This document shows positions 1 through 12,616 of a stretch of DNA of 64,000 nucleotides, in pieces (position 1 is the first letter of the stretch; every line of letters starts with the position of its first letter). This DNA comes from Podarcis gaigeae. Its lineage: Eukaryota. The notes under the pieces are model-generated. The model had not been told where the DNA came from. It made no database searches and saw only the letters and a program-made list of their open reading frames with translations. The translations under genes and the position numbers were made by a program. The DNA lies in NCBI GenBank assembly GCA_964106915.2, contig OZ066921.1, one strand, 5' to 3'.

Positions 1-818
1 GAAGCAGCAGAAGTCTGATTCCCCTGGGGGAAATATGATGTCCATATTTGGTGTGGTTTGCATTTGACTAATGGCAATCAAGAACTTTGGATTGTTCACA
101 AAAGCCCGTCAATGCAAAGATGCAGCAGATTTGCCTGAGATAAAGGTGCTTCTAGTGAATAATATCATCTGAAATGTATATGGTGGCGATTCCCTCCACC
201 CTTCCTAAAACCCATCCATAGGAGCTTCATAGCTGAGCACGATTTCCCCACATCCAAGCCCAATAAACTTTCCACACACTGTCTTGTCTTTAGATTGTTT
301 CAAGCTGGAGACACTTTGACTTTACAAAGAGCCTCTACCCATGGCTGATTCCAATTTATTTATTTTTCATATTTTTTAATTAATTGTCCAAAAACTGTTA
401 TATAAGGTTCTGCAAAATGCACTGTTATTAAACAGGATCTAGTGGCAATATACATGGTCCATATACAATCATAAATCACTGTCGAAGAAATACAGACATA
501 AAATAAAACCAAAATAAATAAACCACAGGTATGCGAATGCTTGGAAGGCAACAGCTAGAACTATTTGCAACGTAAACGTAATAGTTAAGACAAGGTTACA
601 AGGCATGAACCCTATTATAGCAACAGAATACAATCAACTATCAGATTTTCCTTCTTGTTTAATTTCACCCATTTTGTCTTCAAATGCCATCATTTTTCTC
701 ATATACACACAAAAAGTCACACCAAAGATATCTACTCAGTGAGCCCAGATACAAAGTAGATCTCTCCTCTCCATCCCATTCCTCATCCATTTAGGGCCTT
801 TTGGAAATGCCAGGAGCT

Positions 819-3290
819 TCAAAGGATCACACACCCAGAGCCCCCACTCGACTGTTGTCGCATCGCAGAGTTCAAGCGCTGGATCTCGCCCTGAAGCCTG
901 CTGACTTCTTGTTTGAACCCTTCTTCCTGAAGCCGCCTCTGCTCCTAAGGAATGGCAGGGATAAAGAATAAAGTCAATGCCAGCTGATCACAGAGCAAAG
1001 CTGGAGACTGCAATAAAAGAGACAGGGACAGAGCTAGGCCAATTCAGGTGGTGAATTGAGACAGGTGAGCAATTGCTTCCTCCTCCCTTCTCCATATGCC
1101 CCCAGTCCAACTGCTTCTTTCCCCTAATGTTAGGTCCCTGAAGACTATCTCAAGATGACACAGGCATCCTCAGTCAGCTAGAATGGTGCCATCTAGCACA
1201 AACTGGCCCTGTGATTCCTGAAGGATGCATGTTGTAGAGCTCCCCAATGGTCACAAGTCCCCAGAAAAAATAATAATGGCAAGAGAGACAAACCAGACCT
1301 CGTTCATCATCCAAAGAAGTGGCAGCAGCAGCAGGAGGAGGAAGCTTGCTTCCTTCTAGTCTGCCAGAAAGAAGACTCAAAAGAACGTCGTTACTAAGAA
1401 GTATTCCCTAGGGTTGCTTTTTTTGTCCTCCCTCCCACTCCCTTTTCTTTTTGTGCTGTATCTTTTAGATTGTAAGCCTGAATGCTTATTACTGATTGCC
1501 ATGAGCTGCTCAGGAGGCCTTCTTTGGCTAAAGAGTAGGGTAAAAATACATGCATAGAATTGCACACATAGATAGTGTCTTATAGAGAGCCAGTGTGGTG
1601 TAGTGGTTAGGAGCGGTAGTCTCGTAGTCTGGTGAACCGGGTTCGCGTCTCCTCTTCTCCACTTGCAGCTGCTGGGTGACCTTGGGCCAGTCACACTTCT
1701 CTGACGTCTCTCAGCCCCACTCACCTCACAGAGTGTTGTGGGGGAGGAAGGGAAAGGAGAATATTAGCTGCTTTGAGACTCCTTCGGGTAGTAATAAAGC
1801 GGGATATCAAATCCAAACTCCTCCTCCTCCTCCTTCTTTTTCTTCTTCTTCGACTTTAGCCTCTTTAGTGAAAGCTGGTAGGACTGCATAAATGATCAGG
1901 CTTACAGTACTAAGGATATTGTTACCTGGAGCTTTGCATTCATCACCATCTCATGCTCTGCCAGTAGCTTCCTCCTGTCCTCCACCATTTTTGTTTCTAG
2001 CTGCCTTTTGTGCTCCTCAAAACTCTTTTCCTGCTGCTGGGCCCTCTGGACAGCCTCATCTTTCATCTTCTCATGCAACTCTGCTTCCCGGGCAGAGGCT
2101 TCAGCCTTGACTCGCTCCACTAGAGGGAAAGAGAGATGGTGAATGCTAATTGTACATTAAGACACAGGTTGGCAAAGGCTGCATTAGCCTATTTGGAGGT
2201 TGTGTACATACACTGAAATCAAATTTAAAAACACAGCTTCCTCTAAAGAATTCTGGGAACTTTAGTTTACCTTTCACAGACCTACAATTCCCAGCACCTT
2301 TAACAAACTAAGTTCCCAGGATTCTTAGAGAATGGAATGTTCTTTACATGAGTGGTGTGCATGTAGCATTATTATTAATTATTATTATTATTATTATTAC
2401 TATAATTTGTATTGTGTACTAAATACAGCACCATTAGTTCTTTTTTTGCTGCATCACATTTCAGCTGGGCTACAGTGTCAGCTCAGTATCAGGGCTTTTT
2501 TATATTAAAAAAACAGCTTTTATAAATTATCATATCATTGGAAATCACATTGTTATTTTAATGAACTTCAGTCTAGTGGGCCTTTCTCACTTCCCTTAAT
2601 CAGATGACAAGAATATGCCCAGCAACATTTTCCTCTTCCATCCTGTGGTCTCTGTCAAAGTGACCCCTCCATAATGGCCATTACAAATTTTTTATTTATT
2701 AAATGGCAGGTCTGATCATTGTACCCTCCAAGATGTTCCTAGTTTGGCTTTCATTCAGAGGCCTGGGAATTGGTAGGAATCAGGAACTAGCAAAAGTGAT
2801 AGGAAGTGGGGACTCCCACCTCTGACGGAGGAGGCTAAAATTATCCCAGTCAAGATTGTTATGGGTCTGTAAGGCCTGTCTGTGGAGGAGGCCTCTGAAC
2901 TGGGGCTCACCTTCAACCTCCTTCTGTTTGTCCGTGAGGGTCCGGTCAGCCTGCAAAATGGATTGGGCTGCTGCCTCCTTGGATTTCAGGAAGTCTTGCA
3001 GGGCCTGGGAAGCCTAAAGAGGAGAAGAGGGGTAGAGTGAGGCAAATTGTTTGGCTTTGTGCTTGCATGCAAAGCTATATGCAGTAAAGAAGACACTGCA
3101 AAAACCTGAAGGCCAGTCTAGATATGGCAGGGTAGCCATTCGTACTTTATCTAGATTAATGGCCCAATCACATCTGGAGCTGAGCTGGGTTTGTGAGAGA
3201 AGACAGTGAGGTGTATTACTTTAAGTGTATGACTAAGACTGTGGGGACCCAGGTCCAAGTCCCCCACACAGCAATGAAGCGATCTTGGAG

Positions 3291-3337
<47 letters not shown>

Positions 3338-6300
3338 AGCCTATTCCACAGGGCTGCTGTGAGAGAAACATAGGGGGAACACAACTCACACTGCTTTCTG
3401 TTCCTTGAAGAAAAGGCAAGATATTAATTAATCAATTAAAGCAAAATGTAATTTACCTGAAAAAGACATTTCCTCCTCTGCTTTACCCCAAGGTGTACTA
3501 TCCTTTTAAGAAATCTTCTCCCACCCTGATTCACTTCAGGATCAGAGCTGCACTGGGAGAAATGTGGCTGAGCAGAGTGTTACAATATGGATGCAATGCA
3601 GCTGCAAAGTGCTAGCTTGAAAAGTAAACATGATGGGACTGCCCGTGAGAAACAGAGGGACAGTCAACTCACAGTGCGAAGCACCGGAAGAGCTCATATT
3701 ACACTCTGGGAGGTCAACAGGGAATCAAGCCAGGTGAATAGGATTGTTGCCAGTTCATCCTGATAAAGGGCTTGATATCCTGACACAGAGAGCAGGCAAG
3801 GCAGGGGAGTGAGGCAGGGCTTACATTTGTAGCCCACCTTTCCTCCATAGAGCTGAAGGTGACGTACTTGGCTCTCACCCCCCCCCCCCATTTTATGCTT
3901 GCAGCAAAGCTGAGAGGCAAGATATAGCAGAGAAGTAGCGACTGAGCCAGGATCACCCAGCGGGTTTGTTGCTGAAGTAGGGATATGAACTCTGCTCTCC
4001 CAGATCCTAGATCAGCACTCTAACCATTGCACCACAGTGTCTCTTACAGTAATGCTGACAGGGCTACTGACTGGGATGGAGCGACAGCTCTGGAGAAACC
4101 TATTATAGCAAAGGAGCAGTAAAATAGTTATAAGGAGAGGATTTATCCCTGGGGAAGCTAAACGTGGTTTGTGGGTGTGTTGCATGTCCTCTTTTTGCTG
4201 TGCCTACAAGTCTGACTCACCATGAGTCCTTTCCCAGGCACCAGGTAATACTGATCCACCTTTTCCTTCTGGTCATCCAGAAAGCGCTGGTAGCCCCCAG
4301 CCACAGAATAGCTCCCCTTGCCAATCTCCTCTTCCAGGTCCTGGAACAGCTGTGTAAGCACAGCCTGGCAGCGATCTGATGATGCCTGCTCATTGCGAGA
4401 ACAGAACTCTAGAAGCTTGGCATGCAGCTGGGTCTGGAGGAAAGAGGGAAGAGTGGAGGGGAAGAGAGAAGGGGCACAGGGTGAAATGCAAATGGTGCTT
4501 CCTAATGGAGAACAGTCCTATATTCCCTATTCCAGGGATTTCAGGGCTCCCTCTTGTTGCAGGCACTAGCCCCAGTGGACCAGTGCAAAGGGGGAGCAAC
4601 GGATAACATGGTTCCAAAGTGTGTTTCAGTATATGAAATAAAAGGACTTTATTCTGAAAGTTGCTCTACTTGCTCTCCCAGCACCATCAACCAAATAAGC
4701 AAGTTAGCACCCAGAATGCCCCTAACTCTGCTTTTTAGACTTATCATAAATAGCACTGGGCAGGGGAAGGTAGAAAGAAGCTTGCATCTTGCATGTGGAG
4801 GCTCAGGAGGAAGGCTGCAATGCCCCTGAAATCCATGAGAAACTGACTCTTAGATACAGATCAGAAAGTCCATTCTGCTGAGTGCCAGCTGGCTTCCCGT
4901 TTGTCAACCCAGAAGGAGAAGAGATGTAAGAAAGGGCTAAAAGACCCAGGGCTTCTTCACATTTACCTTTCCCCCGCTCTTTCCAGGCACAATCCGTGCT
5001 TTAAAGCTCAGAAAGAGCAGGGCAAACAGTAAGCGTGGATAAGGCCTCAAATAACAGGACCTGCTGCAAGTCTACTTTGCCTGAAAAACGTGGCCCGCCT
5101 ACTACCCTCTGTCCTTTCCTCAAACTGGTCCTCCCACAGTTAGTTCCTCATTCTAAACACCTCCCTTGGGAACAGGGTCACTTTTTCATCCCAACAAAAC
5201 CAAGAGGCTGCCACATGTTCCGTGTTCCTGGGGGCATCTTAGCTCAACTCAACTAGCTCCATTGGCATCCAATCAATGGCCAACACAACCTTGCTAAGGA
5301 GCCGGATCTCATCCCTTGACATCTCGGCTCTGAACTAGGACAGGAATGAATACATTGCCCCATAGAAAGGAACCTCCCATTTCTGAGTATCCAGCTTTCC
5401 ATCCAACACAAAATCCTTCCTAGTTTTCCTCATATCAGATATTGAGAGCCCCCTATCTAATGCCCACTGGTGAGTTAATCCCCATACCCCAAGTTCCTTC
5501 TGGTACTCGTGATTGACATCCTTGAAGGCTCGTGCCAAGAACACTTTAATAGCCTCCTTCTCATATTGGGCATGCACTTTCAGCAGCTCCTCGATAGTCT
5601 CGGTGGGCAGCTTCAAATGTTTCCCCATCTCAGCTTCATAGTATGTAATGGCTTCCTGCACAGCAGCTGTGTTCTCAATCTGCGCCAAGGCTTCCACCGC
5701 GTTCTCTATGCAGGGTATGGAGCCACTGGAGATGGCGTCCACATAGGTCACCACCAGATGCCCCAATGCTGCAAGGGGTAGGAAGGGAGAAAAATATGGT
5801 TTAATAAGATATTAATGTGATTGAATATGATATGAGTAAAACTGGATAAATGATGAACTAATGTAAGCGGCTGGGGAAACACAGCCCGATGGGCAGGGTA
5901 TAAATATTATTTATTATTATTATTATGAGATAGTTCAGGATATATGAAAAAGCTCTCAAATAAGTGGTAATGGTCCAGCACAAATTGTGCAAAAGTCTGG
6001 GGCAAGTGGAAGTGTCGACAGGCCCTTAGTCTCTTGCAGAAAAAAACAACCAAAAAGTATTCTGGTCTATAAACAAAAAAGTATTCCAGTCCATAAACCC
6101 TTCAGCTGGATACTGAAGTTCAGGGTGAAACCCCAGCCTCTCCACCCAGGATTCCCCATGAGCCACTCAACCCACGCCCTTTGCCTCTACTCACATGTCC
6201 CTGTCACCGTGTGCCCTCCCTGGATGACTTTTGCCTGAGCTTGCTCATGAATATAGCTGCAGAAATGCTGAACCTGCTCCAGAAAGTCAGGATTCAGTTT

Positions 6301-8597
6301 AGATTCAGGTAGGTCCTCCAGTTCCTCTAAAGCTCGCCTTGAGGCCGGGCGGTCAAAGACAAAGCACTTGCGGCTGGGGAAATACTGGCGTATGCATTTC
6401 TTGGCAAGGTCCAACTTCTCTGGGTTGTCTAAGAGAGAGAGAATCACAGATAAGGTTATTATCGTTGCTGTTGCTATTATTTTGTGCCCCCTTGGCTCGG
6501 CCCCCTGTGAGGGGGAACATCCCACACCGTCCTAAATCCGGCACTCATCCAGGCTAGGATCCCTCCGACTCTCAATACCTTTCTTCCTCTTCAGGGCATT
6601 CTCCAGATATTCGTCTTCAGTGATAGGTTTCCCATTCAGTTTCAGCAGTAACGAAAAGTCACGCACAGCCCAGACGAAAGCCGGGAAGAACCTAAGAAAG
6701 TCACTCGAATCTTCCTCTTCACCCTCAGAGTCCTTTGCAGGTGTGCTCTTCACCTTAATGCGCTTAGTCAGCTCTGTCACATACCTGGGATCACACTAAG
6801 GAAATTACGATGCCTCTTCCACTTCACAGGGCAGTAATCTCTCAAATACCCCTCACCTTTCCTCCTCTATCCCTCCTCACTATTCCTAAGGCCCTTATTA
6901 GAAATGTCACCCAGTTAGATAAACCTTGCTTCTAGATAAAAACAGTAGTTCCAAATCAAAAAGCACAATTGCTTTGTTTTCAGATGATGTATGCATGCAA
7001 CATAGCAGACACAGTACTAGAAAAGGCATTCCTTCTGTGTGTGTGAGAGAAGGCAGAATGACTCTTTTAAGAAGGACTTGCATTTAAATGAATTAACAGT
7101 TTTTTGCTGCCTCATTGGAGAGGTGTCTTTTTTAGTGCTGTTTCCCTCCCAAAGAAATCTAACCAGCTAACTGATTAAAAATTGCTGTCTTATTTATTAT
7201 CACAGTTTCGTTCATCTTCGTTTGAATTTGTCCATTAGTGTGCTTCCTGGAAACCAGTGCGGTGTCCCCACTAACTGTGACCTACATTGCACCATCCAGT
7301 ATCGTGAAAATAAATGTATGTACAAAGAGGCATTTCCCAGCGTGCACACACAGCTAGATTGCTACCGAAAGCATCTACACACCATCTATTCTGACTGGAA
7401 AGCAGGAAAACTGGCAGTGAACTGCCTGACACCATTTGTACAAAGGATACTGCAGTTTCTCCAGAGCATATTGGTCAATGGTGCCCATGCTGTTGTATAC
7501 AAAGGTGCTGCTTAACAGAATGGACAAGGCAAAAATCCAGGAGTCATTCGCAGTATTGCTCTGTAGGATGGGATGTAAGTAATTAGTGCAGAATCCTGTT
7601 ACACACTTGATCTGCACCTAGGCTGCATCCCTACACACAGTAAAGAACTCAACCTGGTTGATCCCTTTCTGCTCGCACTATCTCACCTTTGGATTACTCC
7701 TATGAGCATCCTTCCTCATCTGAGAGCTTTTAAAGTGCTCCTGATTAGCCTTGTTCTCCTGTTGTATAGTTGTTGTTAATTAAGATTTATATACCACCCT
7801 TCATCACAAGATCTCTGGGTAAAAGGTAAAAACAAAAGTAAATAGTTAAAGAAAAGAAAACAATACCCCCCCCAAAAAACACTTTAAAAGGCTGTAGAAT
7901 ATTAATCAGCCAAAGCCTAGTTGAAAAGGAATGTTTTTGCCTGGCGCCAATGAAGGCGTGAGACACAAAAGGCAATCCCTACCTAGAGATATCAGAGATT
8001 GAACCTAGGACCTTCTGAATGCAAGGCAGCTGCCCTACCACTAAGCTATGGCCCTTCCCCCATGCAATAGCTGCTCTGTGTCTCCAACTTACCTTCTCCA
8101 CATCGCCCAGCCCCTCCGTGTCCAAAAGCACCAAGGTGTGGCCAGGCTTTTTGGGGTGAGGAAGGCACCACATCCAGATGCCCATGGTTTGTGCTTGTAT
8201 TGTGGCCCCCAGACAGAAGCCTATAGGGATCAAATGAGACCGGAATAAGGGAATCAGGTACGAGGGGATCAGCAGTAACCTCAGAATATGGTCCTCTTAG
8301 TGTGGAATTCTCAGATATCTGAAAAAGCGGTTACCTAAATGAAGTAACATCTGAATGTACCTTGCTGGCCCCATCCAGCCCAAAGTCTTTACCCAGCAAA
8401 CCTATTCCTTGTGCAGACTCACCTTTCTTCTTTCCTGCCAGCTTGTTCATGAGGTAGGATTTGCCTGTGCGGTACAGTCCCACGATGGCCACCACAACCA
8501 CTGGCTGCTGGATGCTCTGCAAGATCTTCAGGGCTTCCTGGTTGACCCGCAGCTGTTCACTGGGGTTGTTCTCGATCAGGCACATTGGCTCTTCCAT
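819..8597 (-). CDS. Guanylate-binding protein (GBP family, interferon-inducible large GTPase), complete, 589 aa; orthologue number not assignable
   Basis: Coding exons: 8597-8423, 8220-8093, 7560-7451, 6784-6579, 6428-6195, 5768-5488, 4433-4221, 3013-2911, 2119-1926, 944-819. They total 1770 nt, all phases are compatible, and boundaries are GT-AG. Motifs: P-loop GLYRTGKS, G2 Thr (QTMGIWMW), G3 DTEG, GBP-type G4 VRDF, coiled-coil tail, and C-terminal SGCVIL* CaaX. There is an in-frame stop upstream of the ATG. Confidence 0.96.
1585..1850 (+). mobile_element. tRNA-derived CORE-type SINE (Squam3-like)
   Basis: A box TGGTGTAGTGG, B box GGTTCG, CORE-like GCTGGGTGACCTTGGGCCAGTCAC and a (CCT/CTT)n tail. 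A near-identical copy lies at 47651-47890. Confidence 0.8.
3293..3334. repeat. (TC)n microsatellite
   Basis: Direct inspection; it lies inside a degenerate SINE fragment. Confidence 0.95.
6785..7450 (-). other. U12-type (minor spliceosome) GT-AG intron in the GBP gene
   Basis: The 5' splice site is GTATCCTTTG (U12 consensus RTATCCTT). A branch-site-like TTCCTTAGT lies about 10 nt before the AG, with no polypyrimidine tract. Confidence 0.85.
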
Positions 8598-9353
8598 GAT
8601 GCTTGGCTGAGCAGTTCAGAAGGAAGGAAGGAGGCTGAGGAATCTAAAGAGACAAAAAGAAATTCCAAGCTCTGCTTCTACACTCAGGTTATTTCCCCTG
8701 GAAAGGATGGGTCGAGGTTGGGAAACATTTTCTCCAAGGGCATTTCCTCTTGGACAAGCTTCTGGGCCAGAGCAGTGAATGTGAGCGACTCCTACCATTT
8801 CAAAACATCAGAATGAAAGGACATATTTCAGTTAGGCAAAATCTCTTGGGGGGAGGAGGTGTGGTCCCAAGGCCTACAGGGTAACAGTTGGCACCCGAAC
8901 CTGAGATTCCCCATCCCTTAGCTAGATAAAGGAAGGGCTGCCCATAGGATCTTTGAATGCTATTCTTCAAGAACTATGAAACTATTCACTCACTCCAGGA
9001 CGAGCCCTATCATTAGGTAGAGGGGCAGGCAGCTGTTTTTGTGCATCAGGAAAAGGCCGCAAGTTGTTATTTATTATTACTGCGTTTTCACTGCCAAGAC
9101 ATTTGTGGGGTTTTCTGCCTCAGGTGCCAGAATCACTTTACTTCCTCAATCCCTTGCATAGCCAGCAAGACAGGGCACAAATAGAAAGCATTTGCTGCTT
9201 CGCCAGACTCAGCAAGATGTATCCTGCCAGCCCTGCCTTGATTTGGCCCAAGTCATTTCTTCCCCAGTCTGAAAGTCTGAAAACCAGGGCTTGTGGCTGT
9301 TTCTCTCAAGCTAACAGCTAGGCAGGACTGTGGAGAGAAAAGGTGGTACTCAC

Positions 9354-9480
9354 ATAGGTAATTTTCTGGCTGGTCTGGCTTGGCAGCAGTCTCTCTTCAG
9401 CCAAGAGGAAACTCAGGAGGGGGCTGCAGCTGCTGAAGCTTTTCCCACAGATGTGTGCTTGGAGCAGTTTACAACACTTC
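9354..9480 (-). other. Probable non-coding first exon of the GBP gene (5' end approximate)
   Basis: GTGAGT donor at 9353-9348; the first coding exon has an acceptor at 8645-8644; TATA-like CATAAAAA at 9513-9506. Confidence 0.55.
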
Positions 9481-9576
9481 TGCTCCGACTGCAAACTCCA
9501 GTGGCTTTTTATGGTAGTGCTCACATTAATTCCCCTTAATAGATGCTTTGACTGGAATTAGAATTGCTAAAGAAAA

Positions 9577-9601
9577 GGTTTCAGTTTCCCTTTTGGTTTC
9601 C
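9577..9601 (-). promoter_or_regulatory. ISRE/IRF element (plus a second weaker copy) in the GBP promoter
   Basis: GGTTTCAGTTTCCC (GGGAAACTGAAACC on the - strand) matches GAAANNGAAAC and is followed by TTTTGGTTTCC. It lies about 65 nt upstream of the TATA-like box. Confidence 0.75.
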
Positions 9602-10056
9602 TGTCTTAACCAGCCAGCAGGACTGCTTGTTCTCAGCTGACTAAAGAAGGAGGGGTGAGGTGGAGGTGCTGGAGGCTAGAAGATCCCACTGTTTGAGCAG
9701 GGTAAACTGCACAATTCCTTCATAAAGCTCTAAATTTGACACATGATGTGCTGCCCTGTAGCTGCTTGGCTCCCTGCACTTGGTGACTCAGCCCACAGCT
9801 ACGGCATTTCTGGTCGACGTCAGTGCTTAAGTCAATATGAAATTCTCCTGTTTGCACAGAATAAGTATTGCCCATTTGGTGCTGTGAGGAGGGAAGAAAG
9901 TGGAACCCATACACCCATAATGGGAACACTGTTTTTGACCCCTTGATCTTTGCCAATTCTGCACAGAAAGCTTTTTCAGTGCTGGCATTAACTGATGTTT
10001 CCACAAAGAATGACTTCTGCCTGTGTTCTCCAAAACAATGTTGCTCTTATGCCTCT

Positions 10057-10087
10057 TTCTCGGAATGAGCATCAGCAGTTCCTGGAA
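10057..10087. promoter_or_regulatory. Tandem GAS (STAT) elements upstream of GBP
   Basis: TTCTCGGAA at 10057-10065 and TTCCTGGAA at 10079-10087, both TTCN3GAA. Confidence 0.65.
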
Positions 10088-10120
10088 AACAGAGTAGCAA
10101 TTTCCAAAGATAGAGATGTC

Positions 10121-10415
10121 TGTTATGTACTGAAGTTCTCACCCTGGGCCAGCAGGGGGATACTGTAGATAGTTATGCAAATTCAAAGGATTGAAAGTGA
10201 CATTCAGTGATTGGATAGTTTTTATGCAAATGAAGGATCAAAAGTGACATTCAGTGATTGGATAGTTTTAGAAAGTTGCTACAGTAACGTTGTACTGGAG
10301 CTCTATATAAGCAGGCTGACTGAGCCCTTCAGTCAGTTCTGTTCTGGCCTCTGAATAAAGAAGAGCTGTTTGAAGAATCTCTGTGTCGTCTGATATGTTC
10401 ACCCACAACTTAACA
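10121..10415 (+). mobile_element. Solo LTR (LTR retrotransposon, family not assigned)
   Basis: TGTTA...TAACA termini; near-perfect 5-bp TSD (ATGTC/ATGTA); TATATAA at 10304-10310; AATAAA at 10354-10359; internal tandem duplication of about 48 bp. Confidence 0.8.
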
Positions 10416-12616
10416 ATGTACGAGAAAGGAATGCAGCTCAGTGGTACAGCATCTGTTTTGCATGCAGAAGGTCCCAGGTTCAGTCTCCAGGTGGGGGTGG
10501 GACTGGGAGAGATTCTGGTCTGAAACAGATCAATTGCAGCACAAGCTTTACAAATGGCAATGCAATACAAAAAGCACAGTCTATGACAAGGGGTAGCCAA
10601 CACAGATGCTGATTTGTCCTTTTGCTTAAAAATAAGTGTTGCCAACAGGCCACAGGGTGCTTTACAACAACATCATCATAATAAGCCACACAAGAACTTG
10701 CGAACAAAAGAAGCAGCATCAAACTGTTTTCAAATTACTTCAATCACAATTCCCCTGCTGGAATAGGTGTGCCTTCACCTGCTTTCTAAAACAAAATGAT
10801 AATCTGGCTAGGCACGCCTTAGTGAGAACCTTCCAGAGCAATGGAGCCACCACTAAAAAGGTCCTTCCATTGGTCCCAGAGGTATGCACTTCATCCTGCG
10901 CAGGGACCATCAGTAAGGCATCATCCACTGACCTTAAGGTGCAGGCAGGATGGTCTGTGAGAAGGTGTTCCCATAGGGCTTGTCCACATGTAAACTTTGT
11001 TTAGCTGTTAATCTACTCCCCATCCCACCATTCAAATTGCATTAGACTAGTTGAGGCCCATATGTATTTCAATTTGTATCTGGGTAGTAATTTATACCAG
11101 TAGGTGTTACCTTTTATGTTTGTCCCCACCTTCTAATTTATTAATTCTGTTTCACCAGTTATGTACTGGTAGGGCACATAAACAGATTTCTGCAGGTGCA
11201 CCTTGTTTTTGTTTTCTTGTTTTGTCCTGTTTTAATTCCCCTGCCCAGCCCACAATTTTTAATTTTGTTTGTGCTGTTTTATGGTTTGCGGAAATCCGAG
11301 GAATCAAAATAAATATATACGGCTACATTCCTCCGTTCAGGAACATGCCAAAAAAATTATACTTCATTCTTTACTCCACTTTTAAAGGAATCCTCTCCCC
11401 ATCTTTTTCTTCCTACTCTACTTTTAACACAGTGATTTCTGCCCTTTCCTTCTATTTTTCATTCTGCATCTATTTTTCACAGTGGTTCAGCCAAGCTATT
11501 GCAAGCGCCCTCCTCCCCAGCCATGTCAACCTTGCTAATCTTTATTATTTATTCCGATTGTCCCATTGCAGATGCAACTTTATCTGACCCACACCAGGTG
11601 TTACATACAAAGCCAGATGTGGAGCAGGTGGACATGGTTTGAGGGAAATGGCCTCATTTCTGAAATTAGGGTCCCTGGTGGGCCTAATTTGGCCTGTGAG
11701 CTGAGGGTTTCCCTTCACTGATTTATTCTCAGGGACTGGTCTGTTTGTCACTTATATAAAGCAGAAGGGCGTTGCTGGCAAGTGACAACTGGAAGATGAG
11801 GAAATGAGCCCTTGTTATTATGTGTTGTGATATTCTGTCAGTAGTAGATTATTCCTCCAGACGTTTATCCTTGTCAAGTTGTTGGTGTTGCTTTGATGGA
11901 TAACAGAGGGGACTGATGCTCTGATCAGATCAGCCCACCCCTGACATATGCATCCATGAATATAAGAAGACCATCAGTGAGACAAATTAACTTCTATATG
12001 CAATTAATTCCCACCCCAACATTAGGCATATCAGAAAGGTATACTGAAATCAGGCCCCATCAAAATAACCTTGAGTTTACACAGAAATTCCCATTCCTGT
12101 CTTTATTCTTAATTGAGGTAGCATCGGCCAATGGTATTGTAGGGGGACCCCAACGGCCCCCAAAATATGTTTTGTGTGAGAAACCTATAAAAAGCCCCAA
12201 CTGAATGATATATTGGAGTTCTGTTAAAATCCTTGGTTCATAATAGTTTCCTTTTGTTCATAAAAGACACATAGCCCAGTTGCTGGAAATACCAAAGATA
12301 AGGCATTCAGGGAGTGAACTTCTGAAGAGTAAAATTATGGGAGTCTGGCTGTGCCAGCTTACCAAGGACAACTCCCCTTATGTAGGCTTGTTATCTAGGT
12401 GAACATAAATCTCAGCCTACAATTCTCCTTTCTTTAGTATGTAGGCTTGTATCTATGTAGGCTTCAAAACTTTGGAAGCGAGGGGCCCTAGAAGGGCTGG
12501 ACACACATCAAGTTGCAGACTGGACATCTAGAAAGTTGTATCCAATGAGTATTCTGCCAACTACCCTCTGCAAATGTCTGCAGCGGTTTGATTGGATTTT
12601 ATTTCTAAAACCTATA

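Noticed and set aside
11051-11587. 178-aa hydrophobic ORF
   Set aside because: T-rich LINE-like sequence, non-ATG start, and no recognisable domain.
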